Source: an uncultured virus (IMG/VR IMGVR_UViG_2124908030_000002) (lineage: Duplodnaviria > Heunggongvirae > Uroviricota > Caudoviricetes > Thumleimavirales > Hafunaviridae). From it: 47,091 nt of DNA. The notes beneath the pieces were generated by a model. It was given only the letters and a program-made list of their open reading frames with translations, was not told the origin of the DNA and made no database searches. Positions 20,703-31,485 of this stretch are shown piece by piece (within the stretch, counting starts at the first letter, position 1; each line of letters begins with the position of its first letter). The stretch lies in IMG/VR virus record IMGVR_UViG_2124908030_000002, one strand, 5' to 3'. The translations under genes and the position numbers were made by a program.

Positions 20703-21719
20703 ATGTCACGAGAATCATTCACCTACACACACGGAGACGCCGGGTCAGCCCCCGGCAGCTCCCTAGACTTTAGCCAGAACCAGCGGCCTGACGCACAGAA
20801 CTTCGACTGGTGGTGGTCCACCGTTATCGGCGCTATCAACGGTCACGCCTCGGAATTTGGACGACTTGACAGCGACGACGACGGAGTGGTCGATGCTGCT
20901 GACGGGGCCGCCTCGTGGTCAGACTCGGGAACGTCGCTCGTCACCCACCCGACTGACATCAACATCACAGGCGACCTGAACCTCACCGACGACGGCGACG
21001 GGACGGTCAGCTTGGGGGCTTCAACCTACAGCGATAGCCAAGCCCGTACTGCCGTTGACGGTGCGAACGTCTCGATTACCGGCGATGCCGACACCGTGGA
21101 CGGCAACCACGCGAGCGCGTTTGCCGACTCCGGCCACGTTCACGACTCTCGGTACGACGATTACGGCCACTGGACCATCGAAGAAGGAGACGGGGAACAG
21201 ACGAACGTTCACAGCAACCAGAAGCTCGAAATCTACGGCGGGAACGACCTGAACACTGAAATCACATCTACCGGGAGTGAATCGAGGCTTCGGATTTCCC
21301 ACAACAACACCGGAGGAACCTCCGATATTAACACGGACGGCGCGACGATTATTGACGCTCTCAAAACAGACGGCAACGGCCACGTCACAAATGCGTGGAC
21401 GAGAAATCTGAATTATGGTGATTTGGGTGGAAACTTCGACGCAGTTCCTTTCAACAATATTGAAGATGTTGGTAGTTTGGAGTTAGGAATTGACCAGTCT
21501 GAAGGTTTCCTCGGAGATTGGGGCAACGGAACCGCAGTTCTGTGGGACTCTCGTAACGTAAGCACAGACGCCAACCTCTACGTCAACGGTGGAACCGGGG
21601 CATCAAGCACACCGACAATTGGCGTAAACGAGAACAACATCGATGCGGGGTCGGTAGACGGCTACGACGTTCAGAAGAACGGCAGCGACACTTCAGGTGT
21701 CATTAACTTCAAGACATAA
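20703..21719 (+). CDS. tail fibre protein (allele A)
   Basis: P.AQNFDWWW N-terminus; DADTVDG.HA repeat; VDGYDVQKNG.D..G.INFKT end. Confidence 0.7.
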   Translation: MSRESFTYTHGDAGSAPGSSLDFSQNQRPDAQNFDWWWSTVIGAINGHASEFGRLDSDDDGVVDAADGAASWSDSGTSLVTHPTDINITGDLNLTDDGDGTVSLGASTYSDSQARTAVDGANVSITGDADTVDGNHASAFADSGHVHDSRYDDYGHWTIEEGDGEQTNVHSNQKLEIYGGNDLNTEITSTGSESRLRISHNNTGGTSDINTDGATIIDALKTDGNGHVTNAWTRNLNYGDLGGNFDAVPFNNIEDVGSLELGIDQSEGFLGDWGNGTAVLWDSRNVSTDANLYVNGGTGASSTPTIGVNENNIDAGSVDGYDVQKNGSDTSGVINFKT

Positions 21720-21721
21720 TC

Positions 21722-21861
21722 ATGGGGACTATTGACGGAACAAAGTGGTCTGGCGTCACAATCGATGGACAAACAGTTAAAGAAATTACTGTTGACGGAA
21801 CATCTGTTTGGAAAGGAAAGTTCGACGCACTAAGCACGTTCGAGGATTTTTCTCCGTGGAC
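21722..21861 (+). CDS. adhesin/fibre partner, truncated by gap
   Basis: TIDGQTVKEITVDGTSVW motif directly after the fibre; runs into Ns. Confidence 0.5.
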
Positions 21862-21881
21862 NNNNNNNNNNNNNNNNNNNN

Positions 21882-22629
21882 GACCGACCTCGCCGCAGCT
21901 GACGTGTACGTCGGTGACGGCATCGGGTGGCTCTCGAACGCGGTGAACGCTGGCGGAGCGAGAAATGCTGTGGATGTAGATGTTGATAACGCAGCAAGTT
22001 CTGTTGCCGGACTTGATAATCAGGTGGCAAACAACGCCACAAATATCAGCTCCCTCCAGAGCAACAAGCTTGACTCGACTAACTATAATCCCGAAACAGA
22101 CACCCACTCAAAGACGAGTAGTGCGTCCGAACTGACCGACGTATCTGCCGACAGTGCGAGTAGCGCACACCACGCGCGGTACTCTAACAGTGAAGCTCGA
22201 ACGGCAGTTGACGGCGCGAACATCGACATCGCTGGGACAGCATCTGGTAACGTAGATTCGTTCAATAATACGTATAGTGGCTCATTTTCTGACGGTTTTA
22301 CACCCGCTGGTAAATCAGTTAGCGTTTATGAGGGCGAGGCACCCACGTTTCGGTTAGAAGCGAGTGTTACGTTTCAGCCATCTGATAATCAATCAACCTC
22401 GGCATCTCCCGTCGTTAAAGTTGAAAATTCTAACGGACAGACGATATTGAGAGACCGCCTCAACAACATGAGAGCGCACGATAGTCCTCAAACTAAAAAT
22501 ATTGATAGGATGATAATGGCGGGCTACGGTAGTAATGTTGAAGTTATGGCTAAGGACGAGTATGACGATTTCTATGGGTCTATTGATATAAACGTTACAG
22601 TCACCAGCAAACTCCCACCGAAAGCATGA
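21882..22629 (+). CDS. tail fibre C-terminal part (allele B, partial)
   Basis: HHARYSNSEARTAVDGANI repeat shared with allele A; lower-GC beta-rich tip. Confidence 0.55.
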
Positions 22630-22817
22630 CTTCCGAACAAGACACTATGCTTTCCCTGCCCATCATGGGCAATCTGACGTACAGAGAGTGGCACGGCTTC
22701 ATCGACGGCTTCTACGTCGGTCTGGTTGACGGCGAGAAGGCGCACGACTACGACCGAGAAAAACACTACTGGCGCATGGGCTTCGTCGCGGGACGAGCCT
22801 CGAACGATTACATCTAA
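22626..22817 (+). CDS. hypothetical protein (copy 1)
   Basis: 63 aa, near-identical to 23811-24002. Confidence 0.55.
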   Translation: MTSEQDTMLSLPIMGNLTYREWHGFIDGFYVGLVDGEKAHDYDREKHYWRMGFVAGRASNDYI

Positions 22818-22951
22818 TGTTAGAGTTTATCAACAGCACACCGCCCGAGACAGCTTTGCTTCTCGGATTGACGACAGGCGCACTTATCGCTGATACAGTT
22901 GAGCGTATCATGAAACACCGGCTCCGGAAGGCGGCAGGCGTAGAAGAAAAT
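22817..22951 (+). CDS. small membrane protein (copy 1, runs to gap)
   Basis: Same protein sequence as 24002-24139. Confidence 0.45.
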
Positions 22952-22971
22952 NNNNNNNNNNNNNNNNNNNN

Positions 22972-23176
22972 AAGGAACGCCGTGGACGGAGCGAACGTCA
23001 GCATCAGCGGTGATGCCGATACTGTTGATGGAAGCCACGCTTCGGCGTTTGCTTCCATAGGCGACGGGACTGAAACACCAGTCTACGCAAGCAAGGCTGA
23101 CGTTCCGAATAGCATCTCGAAAGGAGAGATAGCGTTTGTAGAAGGCGACGGCGCGTACATCGAGGATGGTACATAA
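22972..23176 (+). CDS. tail fibre C-terminus (allele C, partial)
   Basis: RNAVDGANVSISGDADTVDGSHASAFA matches allele A repeat. Confidence 0.55.
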
Positions 23177-23802
23177 TGGTCCTACAAAAACTCGGAGAGT
23201 ATTATACGACGATTAACGTCAACGGCAACCAGAAGGTATCGACAACCCAAGCCGATGATGCGACTTACAACATCACAGATAATCAGTCTGTAGACATCAA
23301 CGTCAACGGAGCCGGCATAGGCTCCTTTACCCAGACCAACGGTGGGACGTATGATATTAGTACGAGTACCCAAGTCCCGTCATCGTTTAACTGGAATAGA
23401 ATATTTCACGACTATATGAGTGACGATTATGATAATTTCTATGAAGTCGGCACTTTTACTGTCACATCATCTTATCACGATTTGTATTGGAAAGTTACTT
23501 GCGATGTGGTCTACGGGGGTTCCTTCGGTGATTGGGAAATAAGAGACAGCTCTGGTAATACTGTTTCGTCTGGGAATTTCGATGATGGCGATAACAAAGA
23601 GGCCAAATATACGTTTATTGAAGGCTTCTTTGACGGAACCAATACGGGCACATACAGCATACATTTAAATTCATTCCAAGGTGGCAACCAATCTGTAGAA
23701 GTTTACGTTAGTGTTGCTGAGTACGAAAAAGTTGTTCTAGAAAACGGACCACAAGTTTTCCCACCGGGAGAGCAGACCGTTGACTCGGTTTCACAGAGCT
23801 GA
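23176..23802 (+). CDS. putative adhesin / receptor-binding protein
   Basis: Low-GC, aromatic- and beta-rich 208 aa coupled to fibre allele C. Confidence 0.5.
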   Translation: MVLQKLGEYYTTINVNGNQKVSTTQADDATYNITDNQSVDINVNGAGIGSFTQTNGGTYDISTSTQVPSSFNWNRIFHDYMSDDYDNFYEVGTFTVTSSYHDLYWKVTCDVVYGGSFGDWEIRDSSGNTVSSGNFDDGDNKEAKYTFIEGFFDGTNTGTYSIHLNSFQGGNQSVEVYVSVAEYEKVVLENGPQVFPPGEQTVDSVSQS

Positions 23803-23810
23803 TTAAATAG

Positions 23811-24002
23811 ATGGTTTCTGAACAAGACACGATGCTTTCTCTGCCCATCATGGGCAATCTGACGTACAGAGAGTGGCACGGCTTCATCGACGGCTTCTAC
23901 GTCGGTCTGGTTGACGGCGAGAAGGCGCACGACTACGACCGAGAAAAACACTACTGGCGCATGGGCTTCGTCGCGGGACGAGCCTCGAACGATTACATCT
24001 AA
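23811..24002 (+). CDS. hypothetical protein (copy 2)
   Basis: LTYREWHGFIDGFYVG...EKHYWRMG. Confidence 0.6.
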   Translation: MVSEQDTMLSLPIMGNLTYREWHGFIDGFYVGLVDGEKAHDYDREKHYWRMGFVAGRASNDYI

Positions 24003-24139
24003 TGTTAGAGTTTATCAACAGCACACCGCCCGAGACAGCTTTGCTCCTCGGATTGACGACAGGCGCACTTATCGCTGATACAGTTGAGCGTATCATGAAA
24101 CACCGGCTCCGGAAGGCGGCAGGCGTAGAAGAAAATTAG
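24002..24139 (+). CDS. small single-TM protein, holin-like candidate
   Basis: 45 aa MLEFINSTPPETALLLGLTTGALIADTVERIMKHRLRKAAGVEEN: hydrophobic stretch plus basic tail, at end of late operon. Confidence 0.45.
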   Translation: MLEFINSTPPETALLLGLTTGALIADTVERIMKHRLRKAAGVEEN

Positions 24140-24155
24140 AAAGGCTCTACTTCAA

Positions 24156-24167
24156 CAGCTTTAAGTC
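24156..24167 (+). promoter_or_regulatory. archaeal TATA-box promoter CAGCTTTAAGTC
   Basis: About 25 nt upstream of ATG 24191; identical 12-mer at 45507-45518. Confidence 0.55.
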
Positions 24168-24190
24168 CTGCCGCGAGTCGAGGTGACACG

Positions 24191-24382
24191 ATGGTTCAAG
24201 TAGACGCGAACGTCACCTTCGATAATAGCGACGAAGCATCGCAGCTGTTACAGGTTCTCGGCCAGCTACAGAACGCTGGCGACAATCTCCAAGAACAAGC
24301 CGAGCTGCTTGAAGAGCAGGGCTACAAAGTTGAGTATAGTCAAGACGGAGGTGAATTGAAAATCAAAATTAGCGAAGCCTAG
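24191..24382 (+). CDS. hypothetical protein
   Basis: 63 aa with upstream TATA and GAGGTGA SD. Confidence 0.6.
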   Translation: MVQVDANVTFDNSDEASQLLQVLGQLQNAGDNLQEQAELLEEQGYKVEYSQDGGELKIKISEA

Positions 24383-24429
24383 TAGAAACCGGGTGGGTTA
24401 GGGGAGGGAGTTTGGCCTTACGGCAACGG

Positions 24430-24567
24430 TTACTCGGTGAGACGTTCTTCTACTTCGCTTCGGATTTTCCTGGCTTCAGCCTTCTCGGTTGGACGCCGGG
24501 AGTCACTTTCTTCGACCTTCTTCATTTCGTTCTTCACGAAGACTAGCTTCCGTGGGCCAAGGTCCAT
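24430..24567 (-). CDS. small hypothetical protein (45 aa, not in ORF track)
   Basis: MDLGPRKLVFVKNEMKKVEESDSRRPTEKAEARKIRSEVEERLTE; TTTATAT box ~25 nt upstream. Confidence 0.5.
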   Translation of the reverse strand: MDLGPRKLVFVKNEMKKVEESDSRRPTEKAEARKIRSEVEERLTE

Positions 24568-24597
24568 GTCTTAGCATACGTCTTCAAACATATAAAT

Positions 24598-24651
24598 TCC
24601 CCCATAGGTAGAGGGTAGTTTCCTCTACTTATGGGGGACTTTTTTATTTTT
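24598..24651 (+). terminator. 17-bp hairpin followed by T-run
   Basis: tcccccataggtagagg-gtagttt-cctctacttatggggga (one G:U), then cttttttattttt. Confidence 0.55.
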
Positions 24652-24672
24652 ATTCAAAGCGGTTAGTACCAA

Positions 24673-24716
24673 TAGCGGTAACGTTGTATAGGGGTTCGAG
24701 GGGGTTCTAGGTTTCA
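24673..24716 (+). repeat. 44-bp direct repeat, copy 1
   Basis: TAGCGGTAACGTTGTATAGGGGTTCGAGGGGGTTCTAGGTTTCA; copy 2 at 45586-45628 differs by one deleted A. Confidence 0.9.
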
Positions 24717-24811
24717 GCTTCTTCATTAACCACCTAGCGGTAAAACAGTATAGTATAGCATTATAGGGTATAACTATACGGACGGCCGCTACCGACAACC
24801 CCGGTTTCTAT

Positions 24812-24836
24812 CCCCAATCCCTACACCCGATTGGGG
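24812..24836. terminator. hairpin downstream of polB
   Basis: ccccaatc...gattgggg 8-bp stem. Confidence 0.35.
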
Positions 24837-24932
24837 TTTGACACGGTACTGCCCTCGGACAGCACCTACCGTTGAAAGGATGTACTCACTGTAAGACAAG
24901 AGGCGGGGAGGTAAAAGTCCTACGGTTCAACT

Positions 24933-27888
24933 CTACATGAAAGCGTTCAATCCCGCCTGACTCTCGGTCTGCCCTCGTAACGCGGCGCTGACTTCCAAGC
25001 CCATAGCATCGAGGATGTCGTCCATCGGGTTCTCGATACACTTGCGCTGCGCCTCTTGCGCATCGAGGCTGATGTCACCGGGAAGGTCGCCGGCATCGTT
25101 GAACGCAATCACATCAACCGCATCGCCGTTCACAGTCTCGCCGGGCTTGACCTTCGCTCGGAGCGGCTTGTCGCCCTTTGAAAACTCAACGTCAAGCAGG
25201 TGGTTGGCGAACCAGACCGCTCGCGGAGCCTCGCCCCGTGGGTGGTCGCCGGTCGTGGACCACGAGTAGTAGGCATCCTCGTCGGCTCGCGCCGGGTCAA
25301 TCTTCTTGCCGAGGCCCTGCGGGACGCCGACTCTATCCCAATCCGGGTCAGCGGCATCGATGGAACACGCCGCTTCATAGACTTCTTGAACCACATCTTC
25401 GTCGCTCGCACCCCGGACTATAGACTCCAAGACCGACTCCTGAAGCTCCTTTGTGAGCATAGCAAAATTTGACTTAACACAGGGGTATCCCACAACGTCG
25501 AACTTGCCGTCCCCGCCCTTCACCTTCTCGTCGAGGTCGTCGCCCTCGTNNNNNNNNNNNNNNNNNNNNNNNNNNNNNNNNNNNNNNNNNNNNNNNNNNN
25601 NNNNNNNNNNNNNNNNNNNNNNNNNNNNNNNNNNNNNNNNNNNNNNNNNNNNNNNNNNNNNNNNNNNNNNNNNNNNNNNNNNNNNNNNNNNNNNNNNNNN
25701 NNNNNNNNNNNNNNNNNNNNNNNNNNNNNNNNNNNNNNNNNNNNNNNNNNNNNNNNNNNNNNNNNNNNNNNNNNNNNNNNNNNNNNNNNNNNNNNNNNNN
25801 NNNNNNNNNNNNNNNNNNNNNNNNNNNNNNNNNNNNNNNNNNNNNNNNNNNNNNNNNNNNNNNNNNNNNNNNNNNNNNNNNNNNNNNNNNNNNNNNNNNN
25901 NNNNNNNNNNNNNNNNNNNNNNNNNNNNNNNNNNNNNNNNNNNNNNNNNNNNNNNNNNNNNNNNNNNNNNNNNNNNNNNNNNNNNNNNNNNNNNNNNNNN
26001 NNNNNNNNNNNNNNNNNNNNNNNNNNNNNNNNNNNNNNNNNNNNNNNNNNNNNNNNNNNNNNNNNNNNNNNNNNGCTGGCCGGTGAGGGTGACAGCGGCG
26101 GCATCGTCCGGGTTGTAGAGCGGGGAGCGGTCCCATCCCGAGTAGCCGTAGAACGAATTGTAGACGGTCTTCAGGACGTTGTAGATTTCTGCGTAAGTCT
26201 CCCACTCGTCGGTCCCGTAGGTCGCCGCGTTCCGCTGCTGCTTGAACTCCTTCTTCAGCTCGTGGTACTCGTCCACAAGCTCTCGGATGATGCCGTCGTG
26301 GTCGTTGCGGAACTTCTGGCCGTTCGCGGCCTCAACGTACTGCCCGTCAAGCTCGTCTTTCAGCTCGTACCACTCCATGCCCTTCAGCCTCAATCCGAGT
26401 GTCCGGAGAGGCGTTCAGCATATGCTGTGTCATAGGATAGAGTGAAGCAAGGTCCACTCCGCAGACGTTCATCTTGACCCCGGAGAAGGCACTCTCGACG
26501 TGAGCGCCCTCGAAGTTCACCTCGTCGTTGTTGTTCGAGTTGGCGACCGCCGGGTTGTCGTGAGCGGTTATCATCGCCAGCTGGTGTTCCGCGCACTTCC
26601 GCCGGACACACATCTCGATGTACTCGTTGTTCTGGTGTGTGCGCCGCCAGTCCACGCCGATGATGTCCTTGAGTCGCTTCTTGAAGCCTAGAACGCCCTC
26701 CTCCTCGTTGACGCCGACCGTCAGCCTCACGTCCTTGACGTTGTAGTTGACGAACTTCACCGGGTCGTCTTCGTACATCTCGAAGTAGCCCATCTCCTGA
26801 TGGGGAATCTTCGTGTCGCCGAGCGCGTCAGCTGCCACGTCGTCCAGCTTGAACGAGCGCGGCTCAGTGAACTTGGTGTCGCCCCACCCGTCCATCAAGT
26901 CGTAGAGAGCGCGGCCCGTGACCTTCGGCTTGAAGTCGTCGCCGTAGTGGTCAACCTCAACCTCGCTTTCTCGCGAGAGCCGAGCAGGAGCCGCGTCGGT
27001 GAGCTTCATCCGCTCGATGATGTGGGGAAGGTCGAAGCCGTCGTTCGACCCGTCACCGCTGTTCCACCCAGCTATCAGGTCCGGGTTCATCTCCTGAACG
27101 TACTTGCCAAACTCGGTCAGCATCTCTTTCTCCGAGCGGCTAGGCACGAGTGAGTCGGGTCCGGTGACGCCGAAGTCAGCAAGCGACAGGTCGTCGTTCT
27201 CTAGCTTGGCCCGCTGTATCGCAGACAGGTCGAAGAAGCTGCCGATGCTCTCCCCGTCAAGGTCAAGGAACACGTCGTACTCGTCGGTGTAGCTGTCGTG
27301 GACACCAATCGAGAGAATCCGCGCCTCGCCGGGGTCGGGGAAGCCGGCGTCCCGGTCGTCAGTCTCGATGTCAAGAGTCAGGACCCGAGGCGCAACGTCC
27401 TTCATCTCCACCGGCTCTAGCTCGTCGTGGTCAACGATGTAGTGGTTGCCTCTGCTGTTGGAAACCGGGAACCTCGCGCCGGTCCTGATGTCGGTGCTAA
27501 TCCTGAACCGCTCGGTGAAGATGGTGTCTGCGCCCCAAGTCTTCTCAAACTCGTCCCGAAGGTTCGGGACCGAGTGCGGGTAACGGACGTTGACCCGAGC
27601 CAGCTGCTCGGGGCTGTCATCGAACCGCTCGGAGAGAGGGACCGCATCGGCGTCTTCGTAGCCGAGCAGGTTCTCTCGGTCAGACACGGCGACCTTCCCG
27701 CGTTCCGACTCTTTGATTAGGAAGTGCGGGTTGAAACCCCGAGCCGTAATCGTCACGGCCTCCGGGTCTTCTCCCGGCTCTTCAGCAGGGACACGACCGT
27801 AGAGACGGACAACGACCGACTCGAAGTCCGTGTCTCCGGGGTACAACGTCTCTGTGCTTGTGATGTACGCCGTCTGTGTTTCAGTCAT
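24933..27888 (-). CDS. polB: family B DNA polymerase (frameshift ~26390, N-gap 25550-26074)
   Basis: Exo motifs LDIET, WN...FDLP, YNVKD; motif A DLASLYP; motif B LKTVYNSFYG. Confidence 0.93.
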
Positions 27889-28147
27889 CTGTCTTGTCAC
27901 CGACCGTTACCGTCGCCTCGATGTTGTCCACCTGTGGAATCACGTCTATCTTGAAGTCGTTATGTCCTGTTCTCCTCCGGTGGTTTGTCCCGACCCGCTT
28001 GAAGAACCAAGCAGTCTTGACTTTGTTCTCAGGCATCTCTTTCAGCTCCATAAGCTGCCTGTCACACTCCTTACACCGAAGCCTAACCACCTCCATCGGC
28101 CCTTCAGTCTTCAATATTTCCGCAACGCGGTCTACTGTTTTTCCCAC
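27881..28147 (-). CDS. hypothetical CxxC protein
   Basis: LRCKECD; second allele at 30246-30443. Confidence 0.5.
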   Translation of the reverse strand: MGKTVDRVAEILKTEGPMEVVRLRCKECDRQLMELKEMPENKVKTAWFFKRVGTNHRRRTGHNDFKIDVIPQVDNIEATVTVGDKTDD

Positions 28148-28290
28148 TAGAGACTATAAGCCACGGTCACATCCTCCCTGAACACCATCTCTTCACAGTC
28201 AGGACACTCGGGGTGTCCCGGCTCCCCTCTCGGACGGATTACCTCGTTCCCGCAGTCACACTCAAAGCGAGCGTGGCTTTCATCACTCAT
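28147..28290 (-). CDS. small Zn-finger protein (47 aa, not in ORF track)
   Basis: MSDESHARFECDCGNEVIRPRGEPGHPECPDCEEMV..; conserved in second copy at 30443-30586. Confidence 0.6.
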   Translation of the reverse strand: MSDESHARFECDCGNEVIRPRGEPGHPECPDCEEMVFREDVTVAYSL

Positions 28291-28498
28291 AGACTACCTC
28301 GTAGCACTCGTCATTCCGGAACTTGTCTACGCTTTTGTGTGTCTTCTCGCAGTCAACGCAACGGTATCGAGTTACCGTCTCTTGGACTGGGTGGGTTGCC
28401 GCCCGGACTTCCTGCTTTTTCGTGAACTTCTTTACCCGGTGGTCATCAATCTTCCACAACTTCGTTTTGAAAATGTTGAATAAGCTCATAGATTTCAT
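28283..28498 (-). CDS. CxxC hypothetical protein present in only one variant
   Basis: YRCVDCEK; absent from the duplicated block at ~30588. Confidence 0.55.
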   Translation of the reverse strand: MKSMSLFNIFKTKLWKIDDHRVKKFTKKQEVRAATHPVQETVTRYRCVDCEKTHKSVDKFRNDECYEVVYE

Positions 28499-28677
28499 CA
28501 CTTATAGTTCATTTCGTACCAGTAGGTAAACTCTGACTTGGCTGCCTTCCGAGTCGTTCGGTGAAGCACCTTGTTCGGGTTGCCCCGGTAGCGACCGTAA
28601 GCAACGCCGGCTTGGAACGCTTCGAGCATCAGCTGTTCTTGGGTCTTCTCGGCTGGCGGGGTTTCTGTGTCAATCAT
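28498..28677 (-). CDS. hypothetical protein (59 aa, not in ORF track)
   Basis: MIDTETPPAEKTQEQLMLEAFQAGVAYG..; stop/start overlaps with neighbours; repeated in second copy. Confidence 0.5.
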   Translation of the reverse strand: MIDTETPPAEKTQEQLMLEAFQAGVAYGRYRGNPNKVLHRTTRKAAKSEFTYWYEMNYK

Positions 28678-30757
28678 TATTGGGTTATGATAAGGTCTTC
28701 TCGGTCGTATGTCTGGTGAGCTTGGGCGACCGGAACCACACGCTGCCGGTCGTGGTACACGTCGTCGTCAACCCGCATCGTCTCGTCTCCGATTACGCAC
28801 TCGTTCTTNNNNNNNNNNNNNNNNNNNNTTTGATTATCACGGCGTCGTTGCCGAGTTAACGTCTCGGCCGTGAACCCGATACCTGCGCGTAGTCCATCGG
28901 GTTGCTGATTGTCGTTTCGAGCTGTATCTCGGGGTGTAGGTCTTCGAGCATTATTGGTCCATCTGCGCGGCGACTTGTTCACGCGCGTGTTCTATCTTCT
29001 CTGCTGCTCCGTCGCCCCAGTAGATTCCGCTGCGCTTGTCAGACGCATCCTTGTTTGCTTTCAGCACCGTTAGCACCGTCTCCGCCGTCTCTTCGTCAAG
29101 GCTAACTGTCATGATAGGTTGTGTCGCGCCACCCCGGACTCGTTGACCGAGGTGGTTTCGGGACATACCTAACAATAGAAACGCGCCGACTTAACTCTTT
29201 GCTATTCTAGGGGTGACGGTCGAAGTGGAAGTAGTACCTGTTAGCGCGACCCGGTGCTGTATCCTCTTCACAGACACGGAACAGGTCTGTGTGTTCCAGC
29301 AAGTCGCCTCTTGACCACGACGCAACTATTAGTTGGGTCGAAATATCGCACTCTGGACACGAATCTAGCTCTTCGACTTCTTCAATCTGAACCATTTAAT
29401 TCACCTTTTCGTAGCACTCCTGACAGACCCGCGTTCCGTCACGGAGGGTACGGGTGTTTTTGATTGACACATAACCGCCGCACCACCCTTCGCAGGCTCT
29501 TCTCGTGTCGGGGTTCATCGTCCCACGTCGCTATGACAGACATTATACCAATAGCACTGCCCGTCGCCCCAGTGACAAAGATTCCCCTCGGACCGCTGGA
29601 AATTCTCGGGTTCGCCGTTCTCTAGTACATCTCCCGGCTCTTCTTGGATGCCGAGAGCGGCGCTCTTGATGTCGTAGCGGCGTTCGGACACGCCGTACTC
29701 CCCGATGACCAGCTCGTCGTCTCTCGGGTAGTAGATGCCTACTGCGTCTACGTCGTACACGTCTTCGGCGAGCCAGCCGTAATACTCGGTCTGGCGGAAC
29801 ACGCCGTCCATGATTTCATCAAGGAACGGAGCGCCCTCGTACTTCACCTTGGGACAGCCCCCGGTCTTGTAGTCGATGATGGTCACTCCGGAGCCGGTGA
29901 CACCGGGAACGCTCGCCGTGTTCACGATAACGTCGGCCTTCCCCATCCACGGAATGTCACCGACCGGCGGCCCCGACTCGTCAACGTAGTCCGGGTCAGC
30001 TCGCTCGTAGTCGTCAGGCACCTCGCCGAGCCAAAACTCGGCCTCGACTTCGAGGGGTTCCCAAGCGTCCAGCATCTCGGCCTTGAAGTTAACTGCCCCA
30101 CCGGGAAGTCGGTCGAACGCATAGTTCAGGGTGCGCTCNNNNNNNNNNNNNNNNNNNNTGTGCTTGTGATGTACGCGTCTGTGTTTCAGTCATCTGTCTT
30201 TCACCGACCGTACCGTCGCTCGATGTGTCCACTGTGGAATCACGTCTATCTGAAGTCGTTATGTCTGTTCTCTCCGGTGGTTGTCCCGACCCGCTTGAAG
30301 AACCAAGCGGTCTTGACTTTGTTCGTTGGCATCTCTTTCAGCTCCATAAGCTGCCTGTCACACTCATTACACCGAAGCCTAACCACCTCCATCGGCCCTT
30401 CAGTCTTCAATATTTCCGCAACGCGGTCTACTGTCTTTCCCACTAGAGACTATAAGCGACGGTCACATCCTCCCTGAACACCATCTCTTCACAGTCAGGA
30501 CACTCGGGGTGTCCCGGTTCCCCTCTCGGACGGATTACCTCGTTCCCGCAGTCACACTCAAAGCGAGCGTGGCTTTCATCACTCATAGTTCATTTCGTAC
30601 CAGTAGGTAAACTCGGACTTGGCTGCCTTCCGAGTCGTTCGGTGAAGCACCTTGTTCGGGTTGCCCCGGTAGCGACCGTAAGCAACGCCGGCTTGGAACG
30701 CTTCGAGCATCAGCTGTTCTTGGGTCTTCTCGGCTGGCGGGGTTTCTGTGTCAATCA

Positions 30758-31256
30758 TTATTGGGTTATGATAAGGTCTTCTCGGTCGTATGTCCGGTGA
30801 GCTTGGGCGACCGGAACCACACGCTGCCGGTCGTGGTACACGTCGTCGTCAACCCGCATCGTCTCGTCTCCGATTACGCACTCGTTCTTTTCCGGTGAGT
30901 ACGCAACAAGTGTCGCGTCGTTGAAGGCCGTCGCTTGGTACTGAATCACGCGGTCGTTCTCAACCTCGATGAAGAATATCATCTCGGCATCAAGCTGGTC
31001 CAAGACGTACTCACTCAGCCCGTAGCCGGTCAGCCCGCTGGTGCTTTGCCCCGTGAACTTGTGGTCGGCTTCTTTCTTCGGGAAGGTGGCGACGGAGGTA
31101 CTGTGCGCCTTATCGAAGCCGGCGTGTCCGATTACCTTGTTCCCTCAACCGGGCTGAAGACCGGCTTCGTCAGCACGAGCGTCGGGGNNNNNNNNNNNNN
31201 NNNNNNNCCTGCCGGACTGTCGGCCAAGGTTTTCTCGATGTCGTCACCGCTCATCA
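30758..31256 (-). CDS. hypothetical protein (gap and frameshift near 31140-31207)
   Basis: Frame GNKVIGHAGFDKAH...GYGLSEYVLDQLDAEMIFF continues upstream of the track ORF. Confidence 0.4.
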
Positions 31257-31293
31257 CTAGCACAATATCATCGTGAAGCACGACGAGAGAGTC

Positions 31294-31485
31294 TCACCGC
31301 TGGCCAACCCATCGGCTCGTCCATCGGGATGAGAACTTCCCGTCTTGGACAAACTCTTCTTTGATTATCACGGCGTCGTTGCCGAGCTTAACGTCTCGGC
31401 CGTGGAACCCGATAACCTGCGCGTAGTCCATCGGGTTGCTGATTGTCGTTTCGAGCTGTATCTCGGGGTGTAGGTCTTCGAGCAT
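31294..31485 (-). CDS. hypothetical protein
   Basis: Coupled by TAATG overlap to upstream ORF. Confidence 0.4.
   Translation of the reverse strand: MLEDLHPEIQLETTISNPMDYAQVIGFHGRDVKLGNDAVIIKEEFVQDGKFSSRWTSRWVGQR

Larger units (their letters stand above)
27850..30138. repeat. strain-variant duplicate of 30159-~32680
   Basis: Near-identical gene series bounded by 20-N gaps, including a divergent partial Cas4-like allele at 29515-30138. Confidence 0.8.

Noticed and set aside
62..24096. Numerous antisense and alternate-frame ORFs in the track
   Set aside because: Shadow ORFs of high-GC acidic genes, with no motifs and non-halophilic composition
22626..24139. Duplicated gene pair as a DGR template/variable repeat or shufflon
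   Set aside because: No reverse transcriptase or invertase in the window, no adenine-specific variation, direct orientation, and the copy ends at a gap
24383..24810. 11-bp inverted repeat TAGAAACCGGG/CCCGGTTTCTA flanking ~430 bp (MITE or invertible segment)
   Set aside because: Short enough to arise by chance; no target-site duplication or transposase
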